In this document: positions 24,655 to 33,448 of the stretch, piece after piece | Layout: every line of letters begins with the position of its first letter | How positions within the stretch are numbered: position 1 is the stretch's first letter | From: an uncultured Actinomycetota bacterium | GTDB lineage: Bacteria > Actinomycetota > Actinomycetes > Mycobacteriales > CADCTP01 | Direction: 5' to 3' | Assembly (NCBI GenBank): GCA_963803135.1 | Contig: CAWDLH010000008.1 | Location: 432,281 to 496,280, forward strand | Length of the DNA: 64,000 nucleotides | Program-made: the position numbers and the translations under genes | The notes under the pieces: model-generated | Database searches by the model: none | What the model was told of the DNA's origin: nothing | The model's input: only the letters and a program-made list of their open reading frames with translations

Positions 24655-24954
24655 GTGAAGACGACCTGGAAGGCGCCGAGCGACGGCCACGGCACGCTCG
24701 ATGCCGACGACCGCAAGAAGCTGCCCGACAGCGCGTACGCGTTCCCGGACAAGCGCAAGGAGCCGCTGACCGACGCACGCCACGTGCAGACCGCGCTGGC
24801 CCGCTTCGACCAGGTGAAGGACGTCAGCGACGCGGAGCGTGACCAGGCGTTCGCCAACATCAAGGCGGCGGCCAAGCACTTCGGCGTCGACGTCGCCGAG
24901 GACTCCTGGAAGCAGCTCGGCAAGAAGCCCCACACGACGAACACGGCCCACTGA
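24655..24954 (+). CDS. Small conserved hypothetical protein (DUF6582-like)
   Basis: LPDSAYAFPDKRKEPLTDARHVQTALARFDQV motif. GTG start. High GC3. Confidence 0.7.
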   Translation: MKTTWKAPSDGHGTLDADDRKKLPDSAYAFPDKRKEPLTDARHVQTALARFDQVKDVSDAERDQAFANIKAAAKHFGVDVAEDSWKQLGKKPHTTNTAH

Positions 24955-24990
24955 CCACCCCGGCGCGAGGCAGGATCGGCGGGCCCGGGG

Positions 24991-26469
24991 CTAGGGGGTC
25001 GGGTCGACCGGGTGCGGGCCGGGGTCGTGACCCGGGCCCGGCCGGCGGCGTGGCGGCAGCTCGACGTGCGGCTCGGCGCGCGGGGCCGACCGGGCCGCCG
25101 GCCCCGGACCGGCGTCGTCGACCGAGATGACGCTGCGGGTCGACAGCCCGGCCAGGTAGTACGCCTCCGGGGCCAGCGCGGGCCCGGCCAGCACGACCAC
25201 GTCGACGTCCGCCCGCGGCAGTCCGCGCAGGTACGCCCCGCGCGTGGTCGCGGCGGCCAGCCGCAGCCGGGTACGCAGCGCCGGCTCGACGTCCTCGCGG
25301 GCGGCGATCAGCTCCCGCCGGGCCGCGGCCAGCCGACGGCGCCGGTCGCCACCGGGACCGACCACGTCCTCGACGCTCGGCACCGGCCGGTCGTCGGCGG
25401 CCAGCTCGGACGCGATCCGGTCGGCGTCGCGCCGGGCCGAGCGGCTCTGGTTGCGCAGCTCGTGCCGGCGGACGACCAGCGTGTCCGGGTCGATGCCGCG
25501 GTCCCGCCGACCGCGCCGGGCGCCGACCGTACGCCCGAGCTCGCTGTCCAGCTCGGCCGCGTCCCGCTCGGCCGACCCGGCGATCCGGTCCAGCTCGTCG
25601 TAGCGCATCCGGCCCTCGGCCCGGTCCAGGTCGGACAGCCGTGCGTCCACGCCGGCGCGCAGGTCGGCGGCGATCGTCGCCGGCTCCACGAACGGCCCCC
25701 ACCGGTCCCGGACCGCGCCTGGCGTCAGCGGCCCGATCCGCTGCACCTGCCCCGAGCGCAGCCGGCCGGAGCGGGCCAGCCGCTCGCACACCGCGCCGAC
25801 CGTGCGATCCACCGCGACGGCGGTCGGCGCGACGAACAGCACCAGCGCATCCACCGCGAGCAGCCGGTCCAGCAGCCGCGCGACCAGCCCGCCCGGGTCG
25901 CCGCCGGGCGGCGTGCGGACCTGGGCCCAGCGCTGCCGCAGGGCGCTGCGCAGCACGTCGCCGGCCCGGTCGTCGTACCGCCACTCCTCGGCCGCGTCGG
26001 CGGCCGCGGCGATCCCGTCGTTCAGCCGGCCGCCGGGCGTGCCGAGCACCAGCTCGGCCTGGTCGAACCGGAAGGTCGGCGGGACCGGCGACTCACCCTT
26101 CAGCGCGCCCAGCCGCTGCCGGAGCCCGCGCAGCGGGCCCAGGTTGTCGACCACCAGCCGCCCGTCGAGCACCCGGGGACCCAGGTCCTCGGCCACCTCG
26201 ACCAGGCAGCTCTCGTCCGCGACCGAGCCGAGCCGGCCGTCGACCGCCCGCTCGCCGAGCGTGAGCCAGGCCGGCGCGTCCTCGACCAGCGTCGCCTCCG
26301 GCGGCGGGTCGACCCGGTAGAGGTAGCCGCCCGGGCCACGGGCCACCCGGGTCGCGTCCACGGCGAACGCGGCCCGCTCACCGCCGGTCCGCGCCGCGGC
26401 CAGCTCTCGGTCCACGACGTCCTGCATCGCCCGCAGGGCCCGCTCGTGATCCGGCGCGCGCAGCCTCAC
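24991..26469 (-). CDS. Hypothetical protein resembling the N-terminal barrel and 1A domain of Upf1/DNA2-type SF1 helicases, with degenerate Walker A/B motifs and a coiled-coil insert
   Basis: TPPGGDPGGLV sits where GxxGxGK[TS] is expected, VLFVAPTAVAVDRTV (compare APSNAAVD), and DVDVVVLAGPALAPE where DEAxQ is expected. There is no 2A domain. GGGAGGG lies 6 nt before GTG 26469. Confidence 0.6.
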   Translation of the reverse strand: MRLRAPDHERALRAMQDVVDRELAAARTGGERAAFAVDATRVARGPGGYLYRVDPPPEATLVEDAPAWLTLGERAVDGRLGSVADESCLVEVAEDLGPRVLDGRLVVDNLGPLRGLRQRLGALKGESPVPPTFRFDQAELVLGTPGGRLNDGIAAAADAAEEWRYDDRAGDVLRSALRQRWAQVRTPPGGDPGGLVARLLDRLLAVDALVLFVAPTAVAVDRTVGAVCERLARSGRLRSGQVQRIGPLTPGAVRDRWGPFVEPATIAADLRAGVDARLSDLDRAEGRMRYDELDRIAGSAERDAAELDSELGRTVGARRGRRDRGIDPDTLVVRRHELRNQSRSARRDADRIASELAADDRPVPSVEDVVGPGGDRRRRLAAARRELIAAREDVEPALRTRLRLAAATTRGAYLRGLPRADVDVVVLAGPALAPEAYYLAGLSTRSVISVDDAGPGPAARSAPRAEPHVELPPRRRPGPGHDPGPHPVDPTP

Positions 26470-26533
26470 CTTCGGCCCTCCCTGTTGCGACACAACGTAG
26501 TCGATGGGGCACCCAACGCGACAGACTCGGCGT

Positions 26534-27487
26534 TCATCCGCCGTCCACCAGCCGCAGCAGCCAGGACGGCCCGACCCAGCGCGCGCCGACCGCGTCCAGT
26601 CGGGCCCGTAGGCCGCGGTCGGCCGTGACGACGACGACCTGGTCGCCGCCGCCGTCCGCGGCCACCTCGACCAGGGTGTCGTCGCCGGAGCCGGGTGCGG
26701 CCACCAGCTCGACCGGCCACTGGCCACCGCCCTCCAGCACCGTGCGGGCGGCGCCCTCGACCACGACGACGAGCCGGGGCAGCAGCAGGTCGAGCCCGCC
26801 CGCGTCGGCCGCGTCCGGCAGGTCGGCCGCGGTCAGGCCCGCCTCCAGCGGGGCGAGCGCGTCGAGCAGGCGCGCGGCCGCGCCGGCCCGGTCCCGCCAC
26901 CAGCCGTCACCGCGGCCGCGGGCGCCGATGACGTTCGCCGCGTCGACGACCAGCCGCAGCGGCGGCGGGGCGTCGCGCAGCCGCGGCCAGGCGGCGGCGA
27001 AGCCAGGGTGCAGCGGCAGCGCCTCGACCTCGGCGACGTCGACCCAGCGGACGTCCTCGCTCTCCCCGCCGATCGGCTCCGGGTCCACCGGGCCGACGGG
27101 CCGGCCGAGCACCGTCGTGTACGACCAACCGCCGTGGTCGTCGACCAGCTCCCCGTACGGGCGGACCGCGGCCGGCGGGAGGTTCGCCTCCTCGGCGCTC
27201 TCCCGGAGGGCGGCCGCGACCGCGGTCTCGTCGCTGTCCCGGGCGCCGCCGGGGATGCCCCAGGTGCCGCCCTGGTGGCTCCACCAGGCGCGGTGCTGCA
27301 GCACCACGCGATCCAGGCCGTCAGCGTGCTCGCGGAGGAGGAGGCCGGCGGCGCCATGCCGGCCCCAGTGCCGGTCGCCGGCCGCGCACCGCGTCCAGCC
27401 GTCGCCGTCCCCTCGCACCCTGCCAGCTTTCCACGCCCGGACGGGCCGGGACTCAGCTGACCGGTCGGCGGGACAGCCGGTCGACAC
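26534..27487 (-). CDS. NUDIX hydrolase fused to a YacP/NYN-like (PIN-fold) domain
   Basis: Nudix box GGARDSDETAVAAALRESAEEANL. The C-terminal half has LVVDAANVIG..., VVVVEG..., GSGDDTLVE..., VVVVTADRGL, which parallels the YacP pattern LLVDGYN / VVFD / ADERIE / ATSD. Start may lie downstream of 27487. Confidence 0.8.
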   Translation of the reverse strand: MSTGCPADRSAESRPVRAWKAGRVRGDGDGWTRCAAGDRHWGRHGAAGLLLREHADGLDRVVLQHRAWWSHQGGTWGIPGGARDSDETAVAAALRESAEEANLPPAAVRPYGELVDDHGGWSYTTVLGRPVGPVDPEPIGGESEDVRWVDVAEVEALPLHPGFAAAWPRLRDAPPPLRLVVDAANVIGARGRGDGWWRDRAGAAARLLDALAPLEAGLTAADLPDAADAGGLDLLLPRLVVVVEGAARTVLEGGGQWPVELVAAPGSGDDTLVEVAADGGGDQVVVVTADRGLRARLDAVGARWVGPSWLLRLVDGG

Positions 27488-28502
27488 CCTTCAGCGCCAG
27501 CGCGACGAGCACGCCGGTCACCAGGCCGCCGAGGTGCGCCTGCCAGCTGATGTTCGGCACCGCGAACGAGATCACCAGGTTGAGCCCGATGAGCACGACC
27601 AGCCCGCCGGCCTCGGCGCCGACCTGCCGGCGCAGCACGACCAGCGCCCCGAACAGGCCGAAGATCGCCCCGGACGCGCCGACGCCGACCGAGAACTCCG
27701 GGCTCAACCAGACCGAGAGCAGCGAGCCGCCGAGCGCGGACAGCACGTACACGGCCAGGTAGCGGGCCGGCCGCAGGACCCGCTCCAGCGGGACGCCGAC
27801 GATGTAGAGCGTGATCATGTTCGTGGCCAGGTGGAGCAGGCCGGCGTGCAGGAACGCGCTGGTGATCAGCCGGGCGTACTGGCCCTGCTCCACCGCGTAC
27901 GGGATCAGGGCGTAGCGGGCGGTGAAGGACGGGTTGGCCTGCTGCAGGAGGTAGACGACGACACAGATCCCGATCAGCGTGTACGTGACGACGGGGGTGG
28001 CGCCGGCCGGGCGCCGCACCGGCGCCGGCGCCGGCCGGCCGTCCCAGGGCCGGCGTGGGCGCTGCCGCTGCTGCGGGGTGCCCGGCTCGAGCCGCCCGTA
28101 CGCCGGGTCTCCCGGCGCCCAGGGGGACGGCGACGGTCCTGCGCCACCCGGCCCGGCCTGCGTCCGCTGGTTCGCGGGACCGGGCTCGGCGGGGGTGGCG
28201 GGGTTGGCGGGGTTGGCGGGTTGGCCCCACGAGGTCCACCGGCCGGCGTCGGTCGGCTGGCCCAGGGGTTCCGGCTGGCCGATGGCTTGGTGACCGGCGC
28301 CGGCGGGGTCGGCGGGGTCGGCGGCGGCGGGGACGGCCGCAGCGGGGTGAGCAGCAGCGGGGTCGGCGGCGGCGGGTGGTGGGGTGGCGGGCAGCGAGGT
28401 GGCGCCGGGATCGTAGCGGCGCTGATCCGCTGCGGGCGGCGGCCAGCCGCCGGTCTCCGCATACTGCTCGGACCAGCCCGAGTCCCGCTCGGTCTCGCTC
28501 AC
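27453..28502 (-). CDS. Rhomboid-family intramembrane serine protease with a long Pro/Ala-rich N-terminal tail
   Basis: Catalytic GASGAIFG and downstream AHLGGL, LITSAFLHAGLLHLATNM, six TM. GGAGGAG lies before GTG 28502. Confidence 0.85.
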   Translation of the reverse strand: MSETERDSGWSEQYAETGGWPPPAADQRRYDPGATSLPATPPPAAADPAAAHPAAAVPAAADPADPAGAGHQAIGQPEPLGQPTDAGRWTSWGQPANPANPATPAEPGPANQRTQAGPGGAGPSPSPWAPGDPAYGRLEPGTPQQRQRPRRPWDGRPAPAPVRRPAGATPVVTYTLIGICVVVYLLQQANPSFTARYALIPYAVEQGQYARLITSAFLHAGLLHLATNMITLYIVGVPLERVLRPARYLAVYVLSALGGSLLSVWLSPEFSVGVGASGAIFGLFGALVVLRRQVGAEAGGLVVLIGLNLVISFAVPNISWQAHLGGLVTGVLVALALKGVDRLSRRPVS

Positions 28503-28671
28503 GTGCTCTCCTCCGCCGCGCCGGACCGTACGCCCGGCGTTCCCCGGTACCAACGTGTCAACCGGCCCGGGGACTCCCGCGAGCGGGCGTTCTGTCGGAG
28601 TTTCGAACTACCATGGACCAACCGCGGCCCGGGGAGACCGCGGTTTGCTGTTTCCCGACGGGAGGAGACCC

Positions 28672-29274
28672 GTGCCCGAGCCGGAGCGCCGCCGCGAGCG
28701 CCCCCTGCTCTCCGCCCACGTCGAGTCGCTCGCCGACGCGGCGATCGACACCGACCCGCTGGCCCGGCTGGAGCTCGCGCACGCCACCGCCGCCGCGCTG
28801 GTCGACGCCGGCCGCGGCGACGCCGGCCCGGAGACGTCCCGGCTGGTCCAGCTGGCCGAGACCGTCGGCCTGGACACGCTGTCCGAGCTGTGGCGGGACT
28901 CGCCGCCCGACTCCCTTCCCGGTGCGCTGTGGGCGCTCTACCTGCTGCGGACCTGGACCGAGCGGCAGGGCGAGGCGGTCGCCCGGATGTACCGGGCCGG
29001 CCGGGCGTACGCGCCGGTCGACGAGGTGGTGGCCGGCGTTGCCGACGACGCCGACCCCGAGGCCGTGCAGGCGCTGGCCGATGCAGTGCTGACCGGGGCG
29101 TATCGCGGGGACTTCGACGTGGCGCTCGAGCGGGCGGCGTCGTTCTTCCGGGTCGTCGCCTCTGGTCGGCGGGAGATCTCGGCCGCCGAGGCCCGGCTCG
29201 CCGACCGCAACGAGCGCTGCGCCGACGCGCTGGCGCGGGCCGCGGCCGCCTGGCGGGACGGCACGCTCCATTAA
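28672..29274 (+). CDS. Conserved hypothetical protein
   Basis: GGAGGAG RBS before GTG 28672. High GC3. All-helical pattern (LPGALWALYLLRTW...). Confidence 0.65.
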   Translation: MPEPERRRERPLLSAHVESLADAAIDTDPLARLELAHATAAALVDAGRGDAGPETSRLVQLAETVGLDTLSELWRDSPPDSLPGALWALYLLRTWTERQGEAVARMYRAGRAYAPVDEVVAGVADDADPEAVQALADAVLTGAYRGDFDVALERAASFFRVVASGRREISAAEARLADRNERCADALARAAAAWRDGTLH

Positions 29275-29303
29275 CTGTCCGACCCGTCGGGTAGGACTGG
29301 TCC

Positions 29304-30203
29304 GTGGGACACATCCGGATCGGCACGGCCTCGTGGACGGACAAGACCCTGCTCGCCAGCGGGTGGTATCCGGACGACGTGAAGTCGGCCGAGGAGCGGC
29401 TGGGCTACTACGCGTCCAAGTTCCCGATCGTCGAGGTCGACTCGACGTACTACACGCCGCCCAACGAGCGGAACAGCGAGCTGTGGGCGCAGCGGACGCC
29501 ACCGGGCTTCACGTTCAACATCAAGGCCTACTCGCTGCTCACCCAGCACCCGACCCGCACGGCCTCGCTGTACAAGGATCTGCGGCCGGAGGACGCCAAG
29601 GCCAACGTGTACGCGAAGGATCTCGACCAGAAGGTCGTCGACCAGGTCTGGGAGCGGTTCCTGGCCGCGCTCGACCCGCTCCACCAGGCCGGGAAGCTCG
29701 GCGCGCTGCTGTTCCAGTTCCCGCAGTGGTTCCCGATCGGGCGGCGCAACAAGGAGTACGTGCTGGAGTGCAAGCGGCGGGCCGACCCCGTGCCGATCTG
29801 TGTCGAGTTCCGCAACAAGACCTGGATGTCTGAGGACAACGTCAAGGAGACGCTCGACTTCCTCACGTCGTACGCGGTGCCGTACGTCTGCGTGGACATG
29901 CCGCAGGGACACACGTCGTCGATCCCGCCGGTGGTCGCGGCGACCGCGGACCTCGCGGTGGTCCGCTTCCACGGGCACAGCGACAAGTGGACGAGCAAGG
30001 ACATCTACGAGCGCTTCGGCTACCACTACTCGGCCGCCGAGCTGAAGGACTGGGCCCCCAAGGTCGCGAAGCTCGCCGAGCAGGCCCGCGAGACCCACGT
30101 CTTCATGAACAACTGCTACTCCGACTACGCCCAGACCAACGCCGCCGACCTCATGAGCCTTCTGACCAGCATCGATGCTGATGTGGACCAACCCGAAGGC
30201 TGA
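29304..30203 (+). CDS. DUF72 (UPF0759) family protein
   Basis: IRIGTASWTDKTL...YYASKFPIVEVDSTYYTPP...GFTFNIKAY...LLFQFPQWF. Confidence 0.9.
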   Translation: MGHIRIGTASWTDKTLLASGWYPDDVKSAEERLGYYASKFPIVEVDSTYYTPPNERNSELWAQRTPPGFTFNIKAYSLLTQHPTRTASLYKDLRPEDAKANVYAKDLDQKVVDQVWERFLAALDPLHQAGKLGALLFQFPQWFPIGRRNKEYVLECKRRADPVPICVEFRNKTWMSEDNVKETLDFLTSYAVPYVCVDMPQGHTSSIPPVVAATADLAVVRFHGHSDKWTSKDIYERFGYHYSAAELKDWAPKVAKLAEQARETHVFMNNCYSDYAQTNAADLMSLLTSIDADVDQPEG

Positions 30204-30242
30204 TGTACTGCGCGGACGGGCCGCAGCCGGTCGGCGGCGGTA

Positions 30243-31484
30243 CTACCCCAGTTGGTCGCGGCGGCGGGTCAGGTAGGCGGTCTCGGCGGTGTTGCCCGCT
30301 AGCTCGATGGCCCTGTCGTACGCCGCGCGCGACTGCTGACTGCAGCCCAGCCGGCGCAGCAGGTCGGCGCGGGTCACGTGGTAGGCGTGATAGCCGGCCA
30401 ACGTGTCCCCGAGCCGGTCGACGGCTGCCAGTGCCACCTCCGGGCCGTCGAGCTCGGCGACGGCGATGGCCCGGTTGAGGGCGACGATCGGCGAGGGGTC
30501 GAGGCGGACGAGCTGGTCGTAGAGGGCAACGACCTGCGACCAGTCGGTGTCGCGTATGTCGTGGGCGGAGGTGTGCACGGCGTTGATCGCGGCGAGGATC
30601 TGGTAGCGACCCGGAGCCACCCCGGCGGCGGCAGCGGCCAGGCGCTCGCGCACCAGCCGATGGCCCTCGGCGACCAGCGCCGCGTCCCAGGCCCCACGGT
30701 CCTGCTCGTCGAGGGCGACCAGTTCGCCGCTCGCCGAAACCCGGGCGGTGCGGCGGGCCTCGGTGAGCAGCATCAGCGCCAGCAGCCCGGCCGCCTCACC
30801 GTCTTCCGGCATCAGGGCCCGGATCAGGCGAGTGAGCCGGATCGCCTCGGCGGTCAGGTCGTGACGTACCGGATCGGTGTCGGGGCCGGTCGCCAGGTAG
30901 CCCTCGTTGAATACGAGGAAGAGAACGGCGAGTACGCCGGAGACGCGGCCCGGGAGATCCGCCGCCGAGGGCACCCGGTAAGGGATGCGAGCCGCCTTGA
31001 TCTTGGCCTTCGCCCGGGTGATCCGCCGCCCCATGGTGGTCTCCTGCACCAGGAAGGCACGGGCGATCTCGGGCACGGTCAGACCGCCGACCATGCGCAG
31101 CGTCAGCGCGATGCGGCTCTCCATCGCGAGCGCCGGGTGACAACAGGTGAAGATCAGCCGGAGCCGCTCGTCGTCGATGGCGCCGAGCGGCTCGGGCGGG
31201 TCGTCGTCGTACACAATCTGAGCCTCCCTCTGCCTGTCGTCGCGCTTGTTCTCACGCCGGATCCGGTCGATGGCCTTGTGGTTGGCGGTGGTGGTCAGCC
31301 AGGCGCCGGGGTTGGGGGGTACGCCGTCGGCCGGCCACCGCTCGACGGCGGTCGCGAACGCCTCGGCTGCCGCCTCCTCGGCGATGTCGAGGTCACCGAA
31401 GCGCCTGGTCAGGGCGGCGACCACCCGGGCCCACTCGTCGTGGTGGGCCCGGGTGACCGCCTCCCCGACGTCGACGTCGCTCAC
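30243..31484 (-). CDS. ECF sigma factor with C-terminal TPR-like extension, ECF42-type (second copy)
   Basis: Collinear with 8460..9689 (HHDEWARVVAALTRRFGDLDIAEEAAAEAFATAVERW, LRLIFTCCHPAL, LTLRMVGGLTVPEIARAFLVQETTMGRRITRAKAKI). GTGA overlap with the DGPF gene. Confidence 0.9.
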   Translation of the reverse strand: MSDVDVGEAVTRAHHDEWARVVAALTRRFGDLDIAEEAAAEAFATAVERWPADGVPPNPGAWLTTTANHKAIDRIRRENKRDDRQREAQIVYDDDPPEPLGAIDDERLRLIFTCCHPALAMESRIALTLRMVGGLTVPEIARAFLVQETTMGRRITRAKAKIKAARIPYRVPSAADLPGRVSGVLAVLFLVFNEGYLATGPDTDPVRHDLTAEAIRLTRLIRALMPEDGEAAGLLALMLLTEARRTARVSASGELVALDEQDRGAWDAALVAEGHRLVRERLAAAAAGVAPGRYQILAAINAVHTSAHDIRDTDWSQVVALYDQLVRLDPSPIVALNRAIAVAELDGPEVALAAVDRLGDTLAGYHAYHVTRADLLRRLGCSQQSRAAYDRAIELAGNTAETAYLTRRRDQLG

Positions 31485-31804
31485 AGGAACGGCCGCACCT
31501 CGATCTTCCGATCGCAGACCTTCGACGCCTCGGCGGCGAGCTTGAGCGCCACATCCAGATCGGGGGCCTCCCACACCCAGACGCCGGCGAGGTACTCCTT
31601 CGACTCCACGAAAGGCCCGTCGCTGACCACCTCCTCATCGCCCCGGTTGTCGATGACCGTGGCCGCGCCGGTGTCCGCGAGTCCGCCCGCGAAGACCCAG
31701 TAGCCCTCGGCGATCAGTCGCTCGTTGAACGCGCTGATGGCAGGCTGCCGGTCCGTGCTACCGGGATTGCTCTTGTCATCGATCACGGAAACCAGGTACT
31801 GCAT
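31481..31804 (-). CDS. YciI-like / DGPF-domain protein (second copy)
   Basis: DGPFVESKEYLAGVWVWEAPDLDVALKLA. GGAGGA RBS. Confidence 0.9.
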   Translation of the reverse strand: MQYLVSVIDDKSNPGSTDRQPAISAFNERLIAEGYWVFAGGLADTGAATVIDNRGDEEVVSDGPFVESKEYLAGVWVWEAPDLDVALKLAAEASKVCDRKIEVRPFL

Positions 31805-31868
31805 CTCGGATCCTCCTGTGGTCTCGGCTGTGGTCTCGGCGCCCTCGTGGGCGGCCGCTCACCCCTGC

Positions 31869-31895
31869 TACGAACACCCTTGCGCCGATCCGACA
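31869..31895 (-). promoter_or_regulatory. Candidate ECF42-type promoter TGTCGG-N17-CGTA
   Basis: Minus-strand motif about 65 bp upstream of the second DGPF gene. Mirrors the motif at 8027-8053. Confidence 0.45.
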
Positions 31896-31990
31896 CCGCC
31901 CCCCGGATTTTCTTTCAAGCGTTCGCCGACGGTGGGTCGGAGGGCCCGGCGGGCGCGCCGCGGCTGGCCCGGCCGGCGGTAGGGCGCTGG

Positions 31991-32251
31991 TCAGCCGGCG
32001 CCGAGGAGGCGGGCGACGAGTGCGGGATCCGCGTCGGGTACGTCGAGGACCTTGGTACGGGTGGTCGCGCCGGCGACCAGGGTGACGGTGCGGCGCCGTA
32101 CCGCGAGGGCGTCGGCGACCGCGGCGAGGGCGGCCTCGGTGGCGCGGCCGTCGACGGCGCGTTCGCGGACCCGGACGACGAGCGCGTCGTCGTGACGGCC
32201 GCCGACGCCCGGGTGCCGCGAGCCGGGGTGGACGTGGATGGTCAGCCGCAT
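31991..32251 (-). CDS. DUF167 (YggU) family protein
   Basis: LTIHVHPGSR...LVVRVRERAVDGRATEAALAAVADALAV...VTLVAGATTRTKVLDV. Confidence 0.85.
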   Translation of the reverse strand: MRLTIHVHPGSRHPGVGGRHDDALVVRVRERAVDGRATEAALAAVADALAVRRRTVTLVAGATTRTKVLDVPDADPALVARLLGAG

Positions 32252-33369
32252 CAGGTCCGCTCGTCGCCCGGCGGGTCCTCGATCGGGGCCACCGGTGGGC
32301 GCTCGGGCGGGCCGGAGGTGTCCGACCAGCGCGGGTTGCGCATGCGGGTGCGCAGTCCGGTCGCGAAGTCCTCGACGGTGGTGACGATCGCGTCGCCGAG
32401 TGAGCGGGCGGCACGCTGCGCGGAGTCGCGGATGTGTGGGTCGCGGGCGGCGTCACCGGCCTGCGTGGCGAGCCGCCGGGCCGAGCTGCCGAGCTCGCGC
32501 ACCGACTCCCGGGCCGAGTCCCAGTCGGCCTGACCGCCGAACCGGCCGCCGGCACCTCCACCCCGCTCCCGCCACCCTCGCTCCGGTCCTCCGGTCCCGC
32601 TGGTTCCGGTCCCGCTGGTTCCGGTCCCGCTGGTTCCGGTCCCGCTGGTTCTGGTCCCGCTGGTGCCGGTCCCGCTGGTGCCAGTCCCGCTGGTGCCAGT
32701 CCCGCTGGTTCCGGTCCCGCTGGTTCCGGTCCCGCTGGTTCCGGTCCCGCTGGTTCCGGTCCCGCTGGTCCCGGTCCCGGCGCTGCTGGTCCCGGTCCCG
32801 CTGGTGTCGGCGCTGCTGGTGCTGGTCCCGCCGGCGCTGCTGGCGGCGGCGCCACCGGTGCCCGGGCTGGTGTCGGCGGGTCCCGCGCCCCCGGCGGGGC
32901 CGGCCGTGCCGGTGCCGGGCGCTTGCGCGCCGGTGTCGCCGGTGCCGGCGTCGGCGGGGCCGGCGGTGGGACGGGGTGGAGTGTCCGCGGCGGTGGCGGC
33001 GGCCCAGGGGTCCTCGAACCCGCGGCCGGCGGGATGGGAGGGGGCCGCCGGGGGCGGTGAGCCCGCGTCGTCGGCGGGGGTCGGCGCGATCCGGTCGGAG
33101 TCCGCGGCACCGGCTCCCTCGCCGGGGCGGCCGGGTGGGCCCGCGGCCGGGTCCGCCCACCGGGCCGGCCCCTGCCGGGGCGAGCCCGACGCCGGATCCC
33201 ACGAGGCCGGATCGGGGTCGGACGCGGTGGTCGGGTCGGGGGTGGTGGGGTCGGAAGGGGTACGGGCCGCGTCGGGGGAGAGGTGCACGCGCAGCGCCTC
33301 GCCGAACTCCTCGAAGGTGCGGCCGACCTCCTGCCACAGGGCACGCTGGTCCCGGGGCGTCTCGCTCAT
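32251..33369 (-). CDS. Low-complexity protein with a (GTGTS)n core between conserved helical N- and C-termini
   Basis: GAGGAGGAAC lies before ATG 33369. The middle is ...SGTGTSGTGTSGTGTS... The C-terminus is RELGSSARRLATQAGDAARDPHIRDSAQRAARSLGDAIVTTVEDFATGL. Its stop overlaps the DUF167 start by 1 nt. Confidence 0.7.
   Translation of the reverse strand: MSETPRDQRALWQEVGRTFEEFGEALRVHLSPDAARTPSDPTTPDPTTASDPDPASWDPASGSPRQGPARWADPAAGPPGRPGEGAGAADSDRIAPTPADDAGSPPPAAPSHPAGRGFEDPWAAATAADTPPRPTAGPADAGTGDTGAQAPGTGTAGPAGGAGPADTSPGTGGAAASSAGGTSTSSADTSGTGTSSAGTGTSGTGTSGTGTSGTGTSGTGTSGTGTSGTGTSGTGTSGTRTSGTGTSGTGTSGTGTSGTGGPERGWRERGGGAGGRFGGQADWDSARESVRELGSSARRLATQAGDAARDPHIRDSAQRAARSLGDAIVTTVEDFATGLRTRMRNPRWSDTSGPPERPPVAPIEDPPGDERT
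32588..32800. repeat. 15-bp tandem repeat (plus strand GGTCCCGCTGGTTCC and variants), about 13 copies, inside the CDS
   Basis: Read directly. Encodes GTGTS units on the minus strand. Confidence 0.9.
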
Positions 33370-33448
33370 CGTTCCTCCTCGACCGGCGCGCGCCCGGCGG
33401 CGCGGCCTCCGGCTCGACATACCCAACGACCGGCACCCCACCGTCCGT

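Noticed and set aside
22033-24951. 972-aa minus-strand ORF and the other long ORFs overlapping the tricorn-like gene (21243..23273 plus, 22714..23946 plus, 23325..24842 plus)
   Set aside because: These are shadow frames of the 1095-aa tricorn-like protease. They have no motifs and extreme Arg/Pro/Gly content.
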